Below are positions 10,712-22,349 of a stretch of 64,000 nucleotides of DNA, in pieces (the stretch's first letter is position 1; each line of letters starts with the position of its first letter). The notes beneath the pieces are model-generated. The model did not search any database. It worked only from the letters and a program-made list of their open reading frames with translations, and was not told where the DNA came from. A program made the translations under genes and the position numbers. The stretch comes from an uncultured Acidimicrobiia bacterium. Lineage in GTDB: Bacteria > Acidobacteriota > Terriglobia > Versatilivoradales > Versatilivoraceae. The DNA is taken from NCBI GenBank assembly GCA_963786955.1, contig CAWBAT010000006.1:544001-608000 (forward strand), written 5' to 3'.

Positions 10712-11851
10712 ATGGAATACGAGAGAATCTCTCATTACGAAATTATCCGGCCACTGGGAGCTGGTGGCATGGGCGCCGTTTTCCTGGCAGAAGATACCCA
10801 GCTCAATCGCCGCGTAGCCATTAAATTGCTGTCAAAAGATTTCACAAAAGATGAGAGAGCAAAAGACCGGCTCTTCTCAGAGGCACGAGCTGCAGCGCAG
10901 CTGGAACACCCCAACATCTGTTGCATTCATGAAGCCATTGAAGAAGAGCCGTCGTGCATCGTGATGGAATATGTAGAAGGCGAGACCCTCTCAGACAAAA
11001 TTAATGGGCATCCTTTGAAGATAAAAATGGCCTTAGATTTTGTTATTCAGCTGGCTGACGCGTTGGAAGAGGTGCACTCCTGCGGGATGATTCACCGGGA
11101 CATAAAGCCCAGCAACGTTATCGTCACTCCTCGCGGACGGGTTAAACTGCTCGATTTCGGTTTAGCCAAGACGGTTCGTAACATTAACGCGGACAGAGAG
11201 AAAACGGTTACTCAAAACTCCGTGACAAAGTTTGGCTCGATCGTGGGTACTGTGGCTTATATGTCTCCCGAGCAAGCAACAGGCCATCCCGTGGATTCAC
11301 GCAGCGACATCTTCTCCCTCGGCGCGCTACTTTATGAATGCCTTACGGGTAAACGCCCATTCTCCGGGACAACGACGATGGAAGAAGGGGCCAATGTGAT
11401 CTATGCCAATCCGGTGCCACCGTCGCATTTCAATCGAGCAGTGCCTTCTGAATTGGACCGGATAACTCTTAAGCTGCTGGCAAAAAAGTCTGAGTCACGC
11501 TACCAGTCAGCTGGCAAACTCATCCAGGACCTTCGCAAAGTCCATGATAGTTTGCCTGAGGAAGAATTTTGCCACGGTCCCAGTATCTGCGAAGAATCAG
11601 CGGATAAGATTACAAGAATCTCGACCATTTTGGGAAAAGGGTTAGCGGGCGCATGCTATTCCCAGACTACTTTTTCTCTCGCGCATGTAGTCGCGTGGGA
11701 CACGCTCTCAGTCTGCTTCTCTAGCAGAGCGTTCAAGGTGATATATGAGTGGTATCCTGCGGCTTCAGGAAGAACCGCGATGGCATTTCTCCATGGCCCG
11801 GATATGAGTTCCTATGCAGGAAATAGACTTCACAAGCTGAAGCTAATATGA
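10712..11851 (+). CDS. Hanks-type Ser/Thr protein kinase with short, nondescript C-terminus
   Basis: GAGGMG, VAIK, HRDIKPSN, DFG, YMSPEQ, SDIFSLG motifs. Confidence 0.93.
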   Translation: MEYERISHYEIIRPLGAGGMGAVFLAEDTQLNRRVAIKLLSKDFTKDERAKDRLFSEARAAAQLEHPNICCIHEAIEEEPSCIVMEYVEGETLSDKINGHPLKIKMALDFVIQLADALEEVHSCGMIHRDIKPSNVIVTPRGRVKLLDFGLAKTVRNINADREKTVTQNSVTKFGSIVGTVAYMSPEQATGHPVDSRSDIFSLGALLYECLTGKRPFSGTTTMEEGANVIYANPVPPSHFNRAVPSELDRITLKLLAKKSESRYQSAGKLIQDLRKVHDSLPEEEFCHGPSICEESADKITRISTILGKGLAGACYSQTTFSLAHVVAWDTLSVCFSSRAFKVIYEWYPAASGRTAMAFLHGPDMSSYAGNRLHKLKLI

Positions 11852-12109
11852 TCTAATTTGGTCATTATTTTTTCCGCTCAAATGTCTTCTTACTCTGGGA
11901 TTATCCTGCAGACATTTACTCAAGCTGATTCAAACATTGCTCCTCTTGCCCTAAAAAAGAGTGGGATCCGCGGCTTGGAAATTGTGCCGGACGCCGAACG
12001 CAGCGCGAAACACATACTCTTTTTCCGATCCCAAGAGCCAGCAACTAGCACTTTAATTTTTCGCGGGAGACCGAGCTAAATTTCAAAATCAAATAAGGGG
12101 TATTAAACT

Positions 12110-12676
12110 TTGAGTAGCACTCCCTTTACGAAGAAAGAGTTCACTCAAGAAGCCTTCGATCAGTTGCTCGCCTGGCTCAATTCGGACCGGGAACAGGCCG
12201 GAAAAAAATACGAAGAAATTCGCAAGCGCTTAATCACGATTTTCACGTGTCGAGGCTGTTTGATCCCGGAAGACTTGACTGACGAAACGATTGACCGTGT
12301 CGTCATGAAGATACCGGATCTTGCAGGAAGCTATGTTGGAGATCCAGCCCTCTATTTTTATGGCGTGGCAAATATGTCTTTCATGAATACATCCGAAGAA
12401 TTCCCACTCCGGTCCCACCGCCCGTCCTTCATCCCACAGTAGAAGTGGAGCAAGCAATACTCTTGTTTGGAACAGTGCGTGCAGCAGTTGAATTTTAAGA
12501 CTCGCAGTCTGATTCTCGACTACTATTCGGATGAGGGTGGGAAAATCGATCACAGGAAACAACTCGCCGGCAAACTCGGCATGGAACTTAATGCCTTGAG
12601 AATTCAAGCCTGCCGAATTCGGGCTGTTTTATTTCAATGTGTTCAGGAGTGTTTGAAAAGCCACGAGATAGCATGA
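12110..12676 (+). CDS. ECF-type RNA polymerase sigma factor; frameshift at ~12372
   Basis: FDQLLAWL..AGKKYEEIRKRL..PEDLTDETIDRV (region 2) joins CLEQCVQQL..LILDYY..LAGKLGMELNALRIQACRIRAVL (region 4 HTH). Confidence 0.8.
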
Positions 12677-12700
12677 AATAGAATGTGTTTTTTTCGCATA
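12674..12700 (+). promoter_or_regulatory. Putative ECF-sigma promoter TGAAAT-N17-CATA overlapping the sigma stop codon
   Basis: Third copy of the motif; the sigma gene's TGA is the first three bases of the -35 box. Confidence 0.55.
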
Positions 12701-12808
12701 TACAAGTGAAGGGAGTATACGGGGGCTGCGAGTACAAGTCAGGTGAATTCGAATCGGTTTCTTCAAGAATGATAAAAACCTTAGACGATTCCTTAAAGGG
12801 AATAACTA

Positions 12809-13762
12809 ATGGAAATCGATATGAACTTGGAAGAAGCAATAAGAGAATACTTGCTTGGGAAAACTTATCTCAAGGAGAACAGGAGAAACTTGAAGAGCAA
12901 TTGATGACTCAGGATGACGCTTCACTCAGTGCTTATTCATGAGGACGAGCTGATTGACGAGTATTTCGGGGGAGCCTGCCGGCGTCAAGAGAGAGAAGCC
13001 TTTGAAAGGCATTTTTTGACAGCCCCGGAGCGGCGTCAAAAGCTTGGGTTTGCACGTTCACTCACGAAGTACGTTGAAGCTTCCCGCCAACAAAAGAGCC
13101 CCCTTACTCAGCCCTCGTTCGTGAAAGCCTTAATGGCTTTGTTGCGCGTACAACAACCAGCCGTTCAGTACTCTTTCGCGGCGATAGCGCTGGTGTTGAC
13201 CGTTGGTATTTCCTGGCCAATTGTAGAAGTCCGAAGATTGCAGACTGAGGTTGGCGCAAATGCGGGACCACCAGACTACGTCTCTGATTGCGTTAATGGT
13301 CTAAGCCAACAAATAAGCGAAGCACAGAAGCGGAGCCAGGACCTGATGGAACAGTTAGGGCAACAACAGCAGAGCCGGTCCGCCTTGGAAGAGCAGCTGG
13401 CATCAATGCAGCGACCCGCCATTGTTTCGTTCCCTCTGACTCCCGGGCTGGTACGGGATTTCGGGTCAATGAAAAAGCTGATTATTCCTCCTGCAGCCAA
13501 GCTGGTGGAGCTAAGCCTCGCGGTTGACGGCGAGAATTACGATAATTATCGTGCGGCCCTACAGGGGGCCAGTGGCGAGGAGGTTCTCAGCCTGAACAGG
13601 TTGAGCATTCACGAGGAAAAATGGGATCGGCATTGATTGTGATGCCGATTCCCGTTGGACTTTTGGGTCCGGGAGATTACATTGTCAAATTAAGCGGCAC
13701 TGAAATCTGGTAACTCTTTCGAGGATATTGGCAAATACTATTTTCGTGTTTCAAAAAAGTAA
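12809..13762 (+). CDS. Single-pass membrane anti-sigma-like protein (several frameshifts)
   Basis: MEIDMNLEEAIREYLLG..EQEKLEEQL..EDELIDEY..FERHFLTAPERRQKLGFARSL, one TM (FAAIALVLTVGISW), coiled coil, C-terminal beta domain ending YFRVSKK*; directly after the ECF gene. Confidence 0.65.
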
Positions 13763-13946
13763 GAACTCTGTAGTAGGCATTTTCGGACTGCGCGCGGGAG
13801 CGTTGACCCCCTGCGCACGCTCAATGAACGCGCGGCGAAGCGCGCATTCCACCTTTAGACGGCCAAACCACCAAAAATACGTTGCCGGATTTATGAAGCG
13901 CAGGATTTAGCCTACAAGCTAATCCAATCAGAAATCCGCAATCCAA

Positions 13947-16380
13947 TCACCAATCCAAAATCAGACTGCTATCTTTTTCCCCCTCGTTGTCCCGACGAAT
14001 GAGATGGCGAAGCGACGAATTACTTCCCCCTCCTCTTTGAGGGGCAGGAGCTTGCCGCTGCTCAACTTGGCTTCCTCGATACCCGCCACTATCATAACTA
14101 CGAGGCGCGCGCTCAGTCACGATTGGTTTGCTCATTTGGAGCGGAGGTCGTTGAGGCTGATAGGTCGGCAAGTACTGCCGTGCCGGGGTTGGTGTATATT
14201 GACGAACCGGGGGTTGAGACGTCTCCGGTCTGGAATACCGATTCATTTGATTAGAACCCTGGCTCTGAGAGGTTGTTCCCGAAGCGGAAGGGAATCGATT
14301 CCAATTTCGGTTCTCGACTGGCGATTGGTAAAGTGTCCCACGCCCATTTCCTTGAACCGATTGGGTCGAAGGGGAGTTTGAGGGAGAATACACTCTAGTC
14401 GAAGATGGAAAGTTTGAGGGAACTGAAGCGGATGGTATCCGTTGTCCCTCCACATTGGACGGTCCATTGAATCGCCTCCAATCCGTTCGTGATGGGGAAG
14501 CGTCGGGAACCCTTGTGGCTGCTGTGTTCCGGTCCGCCCAGAACCATACGTCCCTCGAGATGGGGTCGGGGGACCGGCGGCACCTGAACCGGGGCCACGC
14601 TGTTGCGAATTTTCGGTCGACGTGCTCCTTGAATTCATCTGCCCATTTCCAAAGCGATTCCAACTCCCGGTGGACGCCGATTGAGCCGAAGAACTGCCCA
14701 TCGAGGAGTAGTTTCCAGACTACGGCTTGGAGCTTGTCGATTTTGGATTCCTTGCGTGACGGCCTCTCTCGTTGCGGTGCTACCAGCCGCAGACGATGCA
14801 GGAGCTATGACAGTGGAACGATTCGAATGCACTATATTCTGCCCGGTTGGAGATTGCGGGTTATACCGCTGCACCATTTGCCGGATCTCAGCCGCATGTT
14901 GATCAAAAGATTGAGGCGCCGCAGCCGGTTGGTTGCGAGAGAAAAACTTTTCCGAACTTGTCGACCGATTGGGCAACGAGGCTGGATTTACAGCCCGATT
15001 TACCGTCCTCAAGCTGTCGCGAGTTGGGACTGCTGGAACGGTTCCAGCCACCAGTTGTGCCTGCCGTAATGTTCTCGCATCCACGGCAGACCGATTGGGG
15101 TTCGCCATTCCTCCTTTTACAAATTCCTCCGTGTTCATTGAATTGACCGATCTCCGCACTTTCTCATTATCCAAAGCCGATTGAACATTTGAGTAGTACG
15201 GACGCGATGCCCGATCCGCCAGTGGAGGAACACCGGAAACGTTATTAATATTCGTGATGTTATGGATATTCGTCACGTTCGTAATGTTGACGGCATCATA
15301 ACCATGGCCGTGACGCGTGCCGTACCAAGGGTAGTAATGATCACACGGGCCGGTGGGTAACCATCCAATCGAGTTGTAGCCGTACCCAAAGCCAAAGCTC
15401 CAGTTTTGCCCTCCAAAACCAAATCCCAGGAACGAGACATAGGCAGGAGCCCAAACGGGATGATAGGAGGGATACACAGGGCCAGGCCACCAACGCCAGT
15501 TCCCACCATGAACGAACCATCGTCCATAGTGGTAAGGAGCCCATCCCCAAGGCTCGCTGGAAACCCAGGTCCAACCCCAATAAGGCTGCCAGTTCCAACT
15601 TCCAAGAGTGTAGGGGGACCAGGAACTATCCACATAATTTGGCGCCCACGTCGAGCCGTATCCGGGGAATTCGTCCCAGCTTCCGTAACGATCGAGATCA
15701 GACGCACCCGTATAATAGCGATTCGCATATTGCCAGCTTTGAGCGTCACTGATGGCATGATCGCGCTCTTGGTTCCAGCGATCCCAGTCGTCATTTCCGG
15801 GCGCCTTGGCAATTCGATACTGCGCGTTTTCCGTTCCTCGGACAATGATTTGACCGTTCTTGCCAATACGCGTGCTTCCTTCAGGCGTCTGGATTTCGGC
15901 CTTGCCTTTGCGACAAATGATTTCGGTTTCAGAATCCGAGTTCACCTGTACTCGGTAGATACCCTCTTCCAATGGACGAAGCGCGGCGTTGGGAGTGTCG
16001 ATCTCTACGTCGGCTTCATTGCCCTTAAACAGCGTGAAATTCAAACGTCCTTGGGCAACCTGGATTTGAATGCGATTGTTTGAGAGTGTGGCGATCCTGG
16101 CTTCAGTTCTTTGATCTAGGCGAATGATGTTCGAATGATCGAGTTGTATTTCAGCGCGAGAATTTGGGCCTGTAGAGATCTTGTCTCCCTGGACCAGCGG
16201 AGCATTTACCGTTGTGGCCATCCAGTCGCCGCTATCGCCCCGCATGGTGGAGACTTCCCCATTAATGAGACTCACACGTGCAACTCCGCTTTCCTGCTCG
16301 TCGCCTGCCAGCACCTTTGACACTGTGAAACAGCTGATCGATAAAACCAGCATTGCTATCCACAACATTCGCGTTTTCAT
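13947..16380 (-). CDS. Secreted FecR-like/DUF6600-type Trp-Gly-Tyr-Pro-rich protein with long disordered tail (frameshift ~14690)
   Basis: Signal peptide MKTRMLWIAMLVLSISC, VARVSLINGEVS, EIDTPN, DLDRYGSW, WTWVSSEPWGWAPYHYGRW; RBS GGGAGG. Confidence 0.8.
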
Positions 16381-16437
16381 GGTGCCCTCCCGCTGAAACG
16401 ATTTCACGATGTCCTGCCACTACTCACTAATAGGCTG

Positions 16438-16452
16438 GCAAGTTTCATGCCA
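16438..16452 (-). promoter_or_regulatory. sigma54 -24/-12 promoter TGGCATGAAACTTGC
   Basis: Near-perfect TGGCAC-N5-TTGC match ~60 bp upstream of the DUF6600-type gene; an NtrC-type activator is encoded divergently. Confidence 0.75.
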
Positions 16453-16716
16453 GACCGTGGGTTAAGGTGTCATCATGTATCCCTATATTTTTCTTTGGCT
16501 TAGAGATTACTTTAAATGGGACTCTCGTCACGAAATTAGCTGGATGGCTGTAGCCGGCCAAAACTGGTTGTTTTCGGCCAGGCAAACAACATTCTCGGCC
16601 GCGCCCGCCATGCGGCGGACTCGACCAAGAGGAAGGTTGGTTGGGGGCGGAGCTCTACGAGCCTCCTTATCAGCAATAAGTACCCACTGTTGTTTTGGCG
16701 GAAGGGACCAGTCGTT

Positions 16717-16769
16717 GTAGCCGGGGCCGTTGGCCCCGGACAAGGACCGGCCTCAGCGAGGCCGGCTAC
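16717..16769. repeat. REP doublet (REPIN), GTAG-CCGG family
   Basis: Exact reverse complement of the unit at 29667-29719. Confidence 0.9.
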
Positions 16770-16997
16770 AACTTCAGAATCTAGGAATGCAGCCGGTTTC
16801 GGTTTCCTTGAGGAAAAGATTGGCGTAAAGTTGCTGAGACATTCGCAGCTCTTTGTCGAGATTGGAATTTACATGGGCAAAGCATTCTTTAGCGGGGTGA
16901 GACCGAGGGCTACACTCTTCATCGAATGCTTTGCCCCTACGCATGCTATTTCCGCGCTAATTCCCTCGATGAGAGCAGCTAAGAGGGTCCAGTCCCC

Positions 16998-18285
16998 GTG
17001 CTGAATCAAAAGCCAATGGAGTTAAGCTGGGTAGACCTGCTTTGGGTCGTGCTACTAGGAGTGTTGGCAGTACTGCCTCCTATCTTCGAGGTCCATAAAG
17101 ATCTCATCCTACTGGCCATTGGCGCCACCCAGCTTCTTGAGCAGCGGATTTTTGGCCAGATCCGACCGGCCAGAGCTAGGGTCTACAGTATATTGATCAA
17201 GATACTGCTAGCAACTTTGTTACTCGGACATACTGGCAGTATTCCGATTAATAGCAGTTACTACTTGATTTTCTACTTGCCGGTTGTTTCGGCAGCCATG
17301 ATTTATGATATCTGGAGAACGCTCTTTTGGACCTTTTTGTCCTCTGCAGCTTATTGTTCTTATCTCATCCCGGCTCTCGAAGATTATGAATTGACGGCCA
17401 GCGGTGCCACCGAGTTAGCAATCCGAATTCTCTTTTTCTTTCTAGCGGCCATCGTGGTCAATCGTTTTGTCGAAGAAACCCGCCGACAGTCCAAGCGTTA
17501 CCAGCTTCTGGCGGAAGCTCAGGCTGAAACCAACCGGCGTCTGGAGCAAGCTCAGGTTGAAATGAGGCGTTCCGAGCGCCTGGCTGCGCTCGGACAGCTC
17601 TCCGCGGGACTTGCTCATGAAATTAGAAACCCTCTTGGCGTCATCAAAGGTTCAGCGGAGATGCTGAGCCAAAAAATTGCGAAGTCGGATCCGTTAGTCT
17701 CGGAATTGGCCGGCTATATCTCAAGCGAAGTGAATCGACTGAATGCTCTGGTCAATCGCTTTTTGGACTTCGCGCGCCCGTCTGCAACCTGATTTTTCTC
17801 TTGAGAAGGTCCCTTCCCTGCTCGATCAGAGTCTCAAGGTAGCGCAAGAGCGTTGGCCGGAGTCAAAAGTTGAGCTGGAGAAAACACTATGCCACCGATT
17901 TGCCGAGCCTATCCCTGGATGCCGGGCTTTGTGAGCAAGTGTTCACGAATCTTTTTTTCAATGCCTATGAAGTCAATGCCCAACGGAGGAAAACTCAAAG
18001 TCAGCCGCTTCACGTGCGAATTTAGATGGTCAGGAAGCCGTTGTGATTGAGATCGAAGATACTGGCCCTGGAATTCCCCGTGAGATCCAGGATCAAATCT
18101 TCAACCCCTTTTTCACTACCAAAAAGGGAGGCGTGGGGCTGGGGTTGTCGATTGTATCGAAGATCATCGATAATCATAATGGTGAGATCAAGGTCCAATC
18201 TGAACCCGGGAAAGGGACTTGCTTTCGAATCTTGTTTCCGGTGGATACGCCACTTACCCAAGGAGCAACACCAGAAGAGCGTTAG
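16998..18285 (+). CDS. Membrane sensor histidine kinase, NtrB/PilS-like (frameshifts 17780-18050)
   Basis: Multiple TMs, ERLAALGQLSAGLAHEIRNPL H-box, DTGPGI, FFTTKKGGVGLGLSIV. Confidence 0.9.
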
Positions 18286-18327
18286 TGTTTTGTTTCATCA
18301 ATGCAATCAAGAATCTCAACCACCCGT

Positions 18328-18480
18328 GAAGGCGTGAAAGAATTGGTTGTGGTGTCACTCTGCGCTGTTCACACCTGTGTTAAGGCGGGACTAGGGCGGT
18401 TGGAAAATCAGCTGACGACCGCCCCTTGGAGTCCTTTTAACCAAGGAGGGGCACGCCAAAATTCATTTTTTCCCACCCTT
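18328..18480. mobile_element. Diverged inverted copy of the MITE-like element at 357-509
   Basis: gaaggcgtgaaagaattggtt…ttaagg…gacta…gacc..ccc…ccaaggagggg…caaaatt aligns with the reverse complement of 357-509. Confidence 0.55.
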
Positions 18481-18528
18481 TCAGAGGCGGAGGGAAATGG
18501 TTAATTAGGTAAAAGGGGAGAATCACCT

Positions 18529-19921
18529 ATGCCTGGCGTTTTGATAGTTGAAGATGAATCTAAGTTGTTACGCCTGCTTGAACTCAGTCTTACCGAAGAC
18601 GGATTTACGGTGTGTTCCGCAGCCCTCGGCCGAAGATGGGCTTTCACGCCTAAGCCATAACTCCGTAGACTTGGTGATCACTGACTTGAAGCTGCCAGGA
18701 ATGAACGGCTTGGAATTTCTGCAAGCCATCAAACGAGTGAACGCTACTCTCCCGGTCATTGTGATGACGGCATATGGAACGGTAGAGACCGCTGTAGAAG
18801 CCATGAAATCCGGCGCCAGCGATTATGTTTTAAAGCCCTTTTCTCTTGAAGAGATGAAACTCATTGTTCACAAGGAGTTGGACATTCATCGGCTTCGTGA
18901 AGAAAACCGCTCTCTGCGAGAGGCTCTTGGCCAACGCTATACTTTTCGTAACATCATCGCCATGAGCAGCCGGATGCAGGAAGTTTTAGCGACGGTAAGT
19001 CGGGTGGCGCCGTCCAACTCTACGGTTCTGCTCGGGGGAGAAAGCGGCGTCGGGAAAGACTTGATTGCTCGCGCTATCCACGAACATTCGCGTCGTGCTT
19101 CAGGACCTTTTGTTAAGATCAATTGTACGGCCATCCCTGAAAATCTGCTGGAAAGCGAGCTCTTTGGATATGAGAAAGGCGCATTCACGGGCGCCAACAC
19201 CTCAAAACCAGGCAAATTTGAATTGGCGGACAAAGGAACGATTTTTCTAGATGAAATCGGAGATGTCCCGCCCGCAATCCAAGTGAAGCTGCTCGGCGTG
19301 CTTCAAGAACGGCAGTTTGATCGTTTGGGAGGAACAAAGACACTTAAGGTCGATGTCCGCCTGATCGCAGCCACCAACCGGGATCTGCGCGCTGCGCTGG
19401 AGCAAGGGACATTCCGCGAAGACCTTTACTATCGTCTGAACGTCGTCCCGATCAATATTCCGCCGCTCCGGGAGCGTAAAGAGGACATTCCTTATTTGGT
19501 GGATCATTTTATCAAACGCTTTGCCAAAGAATCCGGCAAGCCGATCAAAGGGATTACGCCTGCCGGGCTGAGTGTGCTCACTTCTTTCCATTGGCCGGGA
19601 AACGTTCGTGAACTGGAGAATATCATTGAGCGCACCATCGCTCTGTCGACTGGAGAAATCATCGACGCTGAGGATATCACCCTGGATATCTCACGCCCAA
19701 AAGCCACGACGGGAACAGTCCCATTCCTGCCCGAAGGAATCTCTCTCGAACAATGGGAAGACGAAATGATTAAGGAAGCTTTGCGCCGTACCAATGGCAA
19801 CAAGAGCCAGGCGGCTCGATTACTCGGGCTCTCCAGAAATGCATTACGCTACCGTCTTTCCAAGATGGGGTTATCCGATGAGGACAACCGGAATAAGCCG
19901 CCAATTTTGAGTTTGAACTAA
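18529..19921 (+). CDS. sigma54-dependent response regulator (REC-AAA+-Fis HTH); frameshift near 18620
   Basis: MPGVLIVEDE, DLKLPGMNG, GESGVGK, GAFTGA, FLDEIG, WPGNVRELEN, NKSQAARLLGLSR. Confidence 0.95.
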
Positions 19922-20703
19922 TGACCCCCTCAAGTGAAAAACGATATTGGGACCTGAATTGTGAAATTGTTTATGGCCCAATTTCCTCACGCCGGTTTGG
20001 TCTGTCGCTGGGAATCAATTTGCTGCCAAGCGGTCTGAAGGTTTGTGATTTCGATTGTCTCTATTGCCAATGCGGTTGGACTTTCCGCCCTCTCGTGGAG
20101 AGTTCTTTTGCAGGAGTCCCCTTCCCCTCATTGATCGAGATCGAACGCGCGGTCACCGCGCGATTCGGAGAAATTTCCAGGTCCAGTTCCACTATCGACG
20201 TCATCATGTTTTCAGGAAACGGGGAACCCACCCTCCATCCGGAATTTCCAAAAGCCGTGGAGCTTGGGCGCAGGCGAGAAACCGTTGTCTGCCGAGTCAC
20301 GACTCGGTCTGCTGACCAACGGTAGCCATTTGTTCAACCGAACCATCTTTGACGCGTTGTCTCCGATTGAACTCAAGTCGATCAAGTTCGATGCCGGGAG
20401 AGAATGGTTGGATCGACCCTTAGTGGCGCAAGTCTGGCGAATTTATTGCAAGTTTGGGGAACTCCCGGATCTGACCATTCAATCTTTTTTCTGCGAGGGA
20501 CAGTTTGCGAATACGGGAGAAGAGCATATCCATCCCTGGCTAGGACATCTTGTCCAAGTCCGGCGAATCCGTCTCCAACTCTACACCTTGGATCGAGTGC
20601 CTCCTGTTTCAACCATGACAAAGGCCTCGTTGGAAACGCTGGAGAGCATGCCGAGCAAGCTCGTCAGGCTATGACGCAGTGCAAAGTAGAAGTGTTTGCT
20701 TGA
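19921..20703 (+). CDS. Radical SAM protein (frameshifted)
   Basis: IVYGPISSRRFGLSLGINL, CDFDCLYC (CX3CX2C), FSGNGEPTLHP, LLTNG. Confidence 0.85.
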
Positions 20704-20808
20704 ACTGCAGCCAAATGGTTGAAGGGATCGAGAGTTTCTCGACAAAGCTCGGAAATAGGGTGATTTCGAGACAGCTTCTACTTTAAGAAACACCGCCACA
20801 CGGCGGGA

Positions 20809-22080
20809 TCACCAAATCACCATTGACTCCTCAAACAATTTCGTCAACTCTTCCTCTCCTGCAGAGCGAGGAGACAGTTTCGTCACCCGGTGCTGTGGAA
20901 GCGTTCCATTGACCAGCGCAGGAATGTCCTTACCTGTGTAACCGAGGGCTGCCAGACCGTTTGGGACTTTAGGCGCTGCATGAGCTGAATAATCTGATTG
21001 CCAGAACTCGCCCGTATCTTCGGATTTGGCGTGCGAAGCGTTGGCTCCAAGAATATCTGCGGCTAGCATGTGACGCTCCGGACATTCACTGGCCGTAAAC
21101 CTGAAAACCGCCGGCGCATTGAGGATGACCGAAATTCCGTGTGGTACCATGGGATGATGAACCGGGTAGCCTTCCGGCTGGTACGTTCGAATCATCCCGG
21201 AAACAGGATAGGACATTCCGTGAGGGAGATGAACTCCTGCGTTTCCGAATCCGATCCCGGCATAGCATGCTGCCAGCAGCATTTTCGACTTCGACTCCAT
21301 GATCCAACGGGTCCTCCACGGCCCGGATCAAATGTTGTGACACAATCCGGAGCGCTTCTAAAGACCACACATCACTGATTGGATTAGCTCCTTGATATGC
21401 AGGACGGAACGGGGTCTCTCAGGATATTGACGACTGACCGTAATGGAATAGCCGTATAAGATTCCAGGGCATGACTTAAGACATCCAATCCGGCTGAAGC
21501 ACTGACCTGCGCAGGTAGGGTGAGAGTATTATCCGGATCAACAAGCGCAAGGTAGGCTTTAAGCGACGGTGCGCAATCCCCGTTTTCGCGTGCAATTTCA
21601 CGAGATCAAAAATGGCGACTCCCGTTGTTTCACTCCCAGTCCCTGCAGTCGTGGGAATTGCGATGAGGGGCTTGAGCGGGCCTGGTACAGGTAAGCCTTT
21701 GCCAACGGTGGATTAACATAGTCTAGGAAATCAGCCGGATGGGTCGAGTAGAGATTGGCAGCTTTCGCCGTATCAATTGTGGATCCTCCACCAATCGCGA
21801 CAAAAGCATCAAATCGTCCTTTCGTTGCAAACCGAATGGCTCTTGAAACGACTCATCCGTCGGCTCAATCCGAACCTGATCAAACAATTCGTAATTGATT
21901 TTTTGCTGGTCCAGAGAATTCAGGCGTTGGACACCGGTGAGAGAGAACTCAAGTTCGGATCCGTCAGTACCATGACTCGCTTCAGGTTGCTGTCTGCCAG
22001 ATCCATGCCGACTTCGCACGTCACCCCGAACCGAAGCGAATCGTGGAACTCACCATTTCGAAGGCAATTTCAGAAGACAT
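20809..22080 (-). CDS. Hydroxyacid-oxoacid transhydrogenase (Fe-ADH family), heavily frameshifted
   Basis: [77 protein letters not shown]. Confidence 0.88.
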
Positions 22081-22349
22081 CCAGTGGTCTCCGAGTGATG
22101 CGCTCCAAAGACCATTTGATGAGAGTTCCCCTGAACTTGTACCCAATCGTTATGTGGACTCTGAAGGCGCGAAAAAATAGAGCGGCACACGCTAAGCCCG
22201 GCCCAGACGCTCAAAAAAGGTTTGGGCACAGCGGCTCGCAGAACCTCCCTGCAACCTAATTCCAATGCTCTTTTGAGAAACGAATGAAGTGGCTTGCATC
22301 GACAGTCGCGTGTTCCGGTGACTGAGGAACGGAACCAGTCAACAGAATA

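Noticed and set aside
13919-13963. aatcc(a/g)-type short tandem repeats
   Set aside because: Short, degenerate low-complexity tract with no supportable function.
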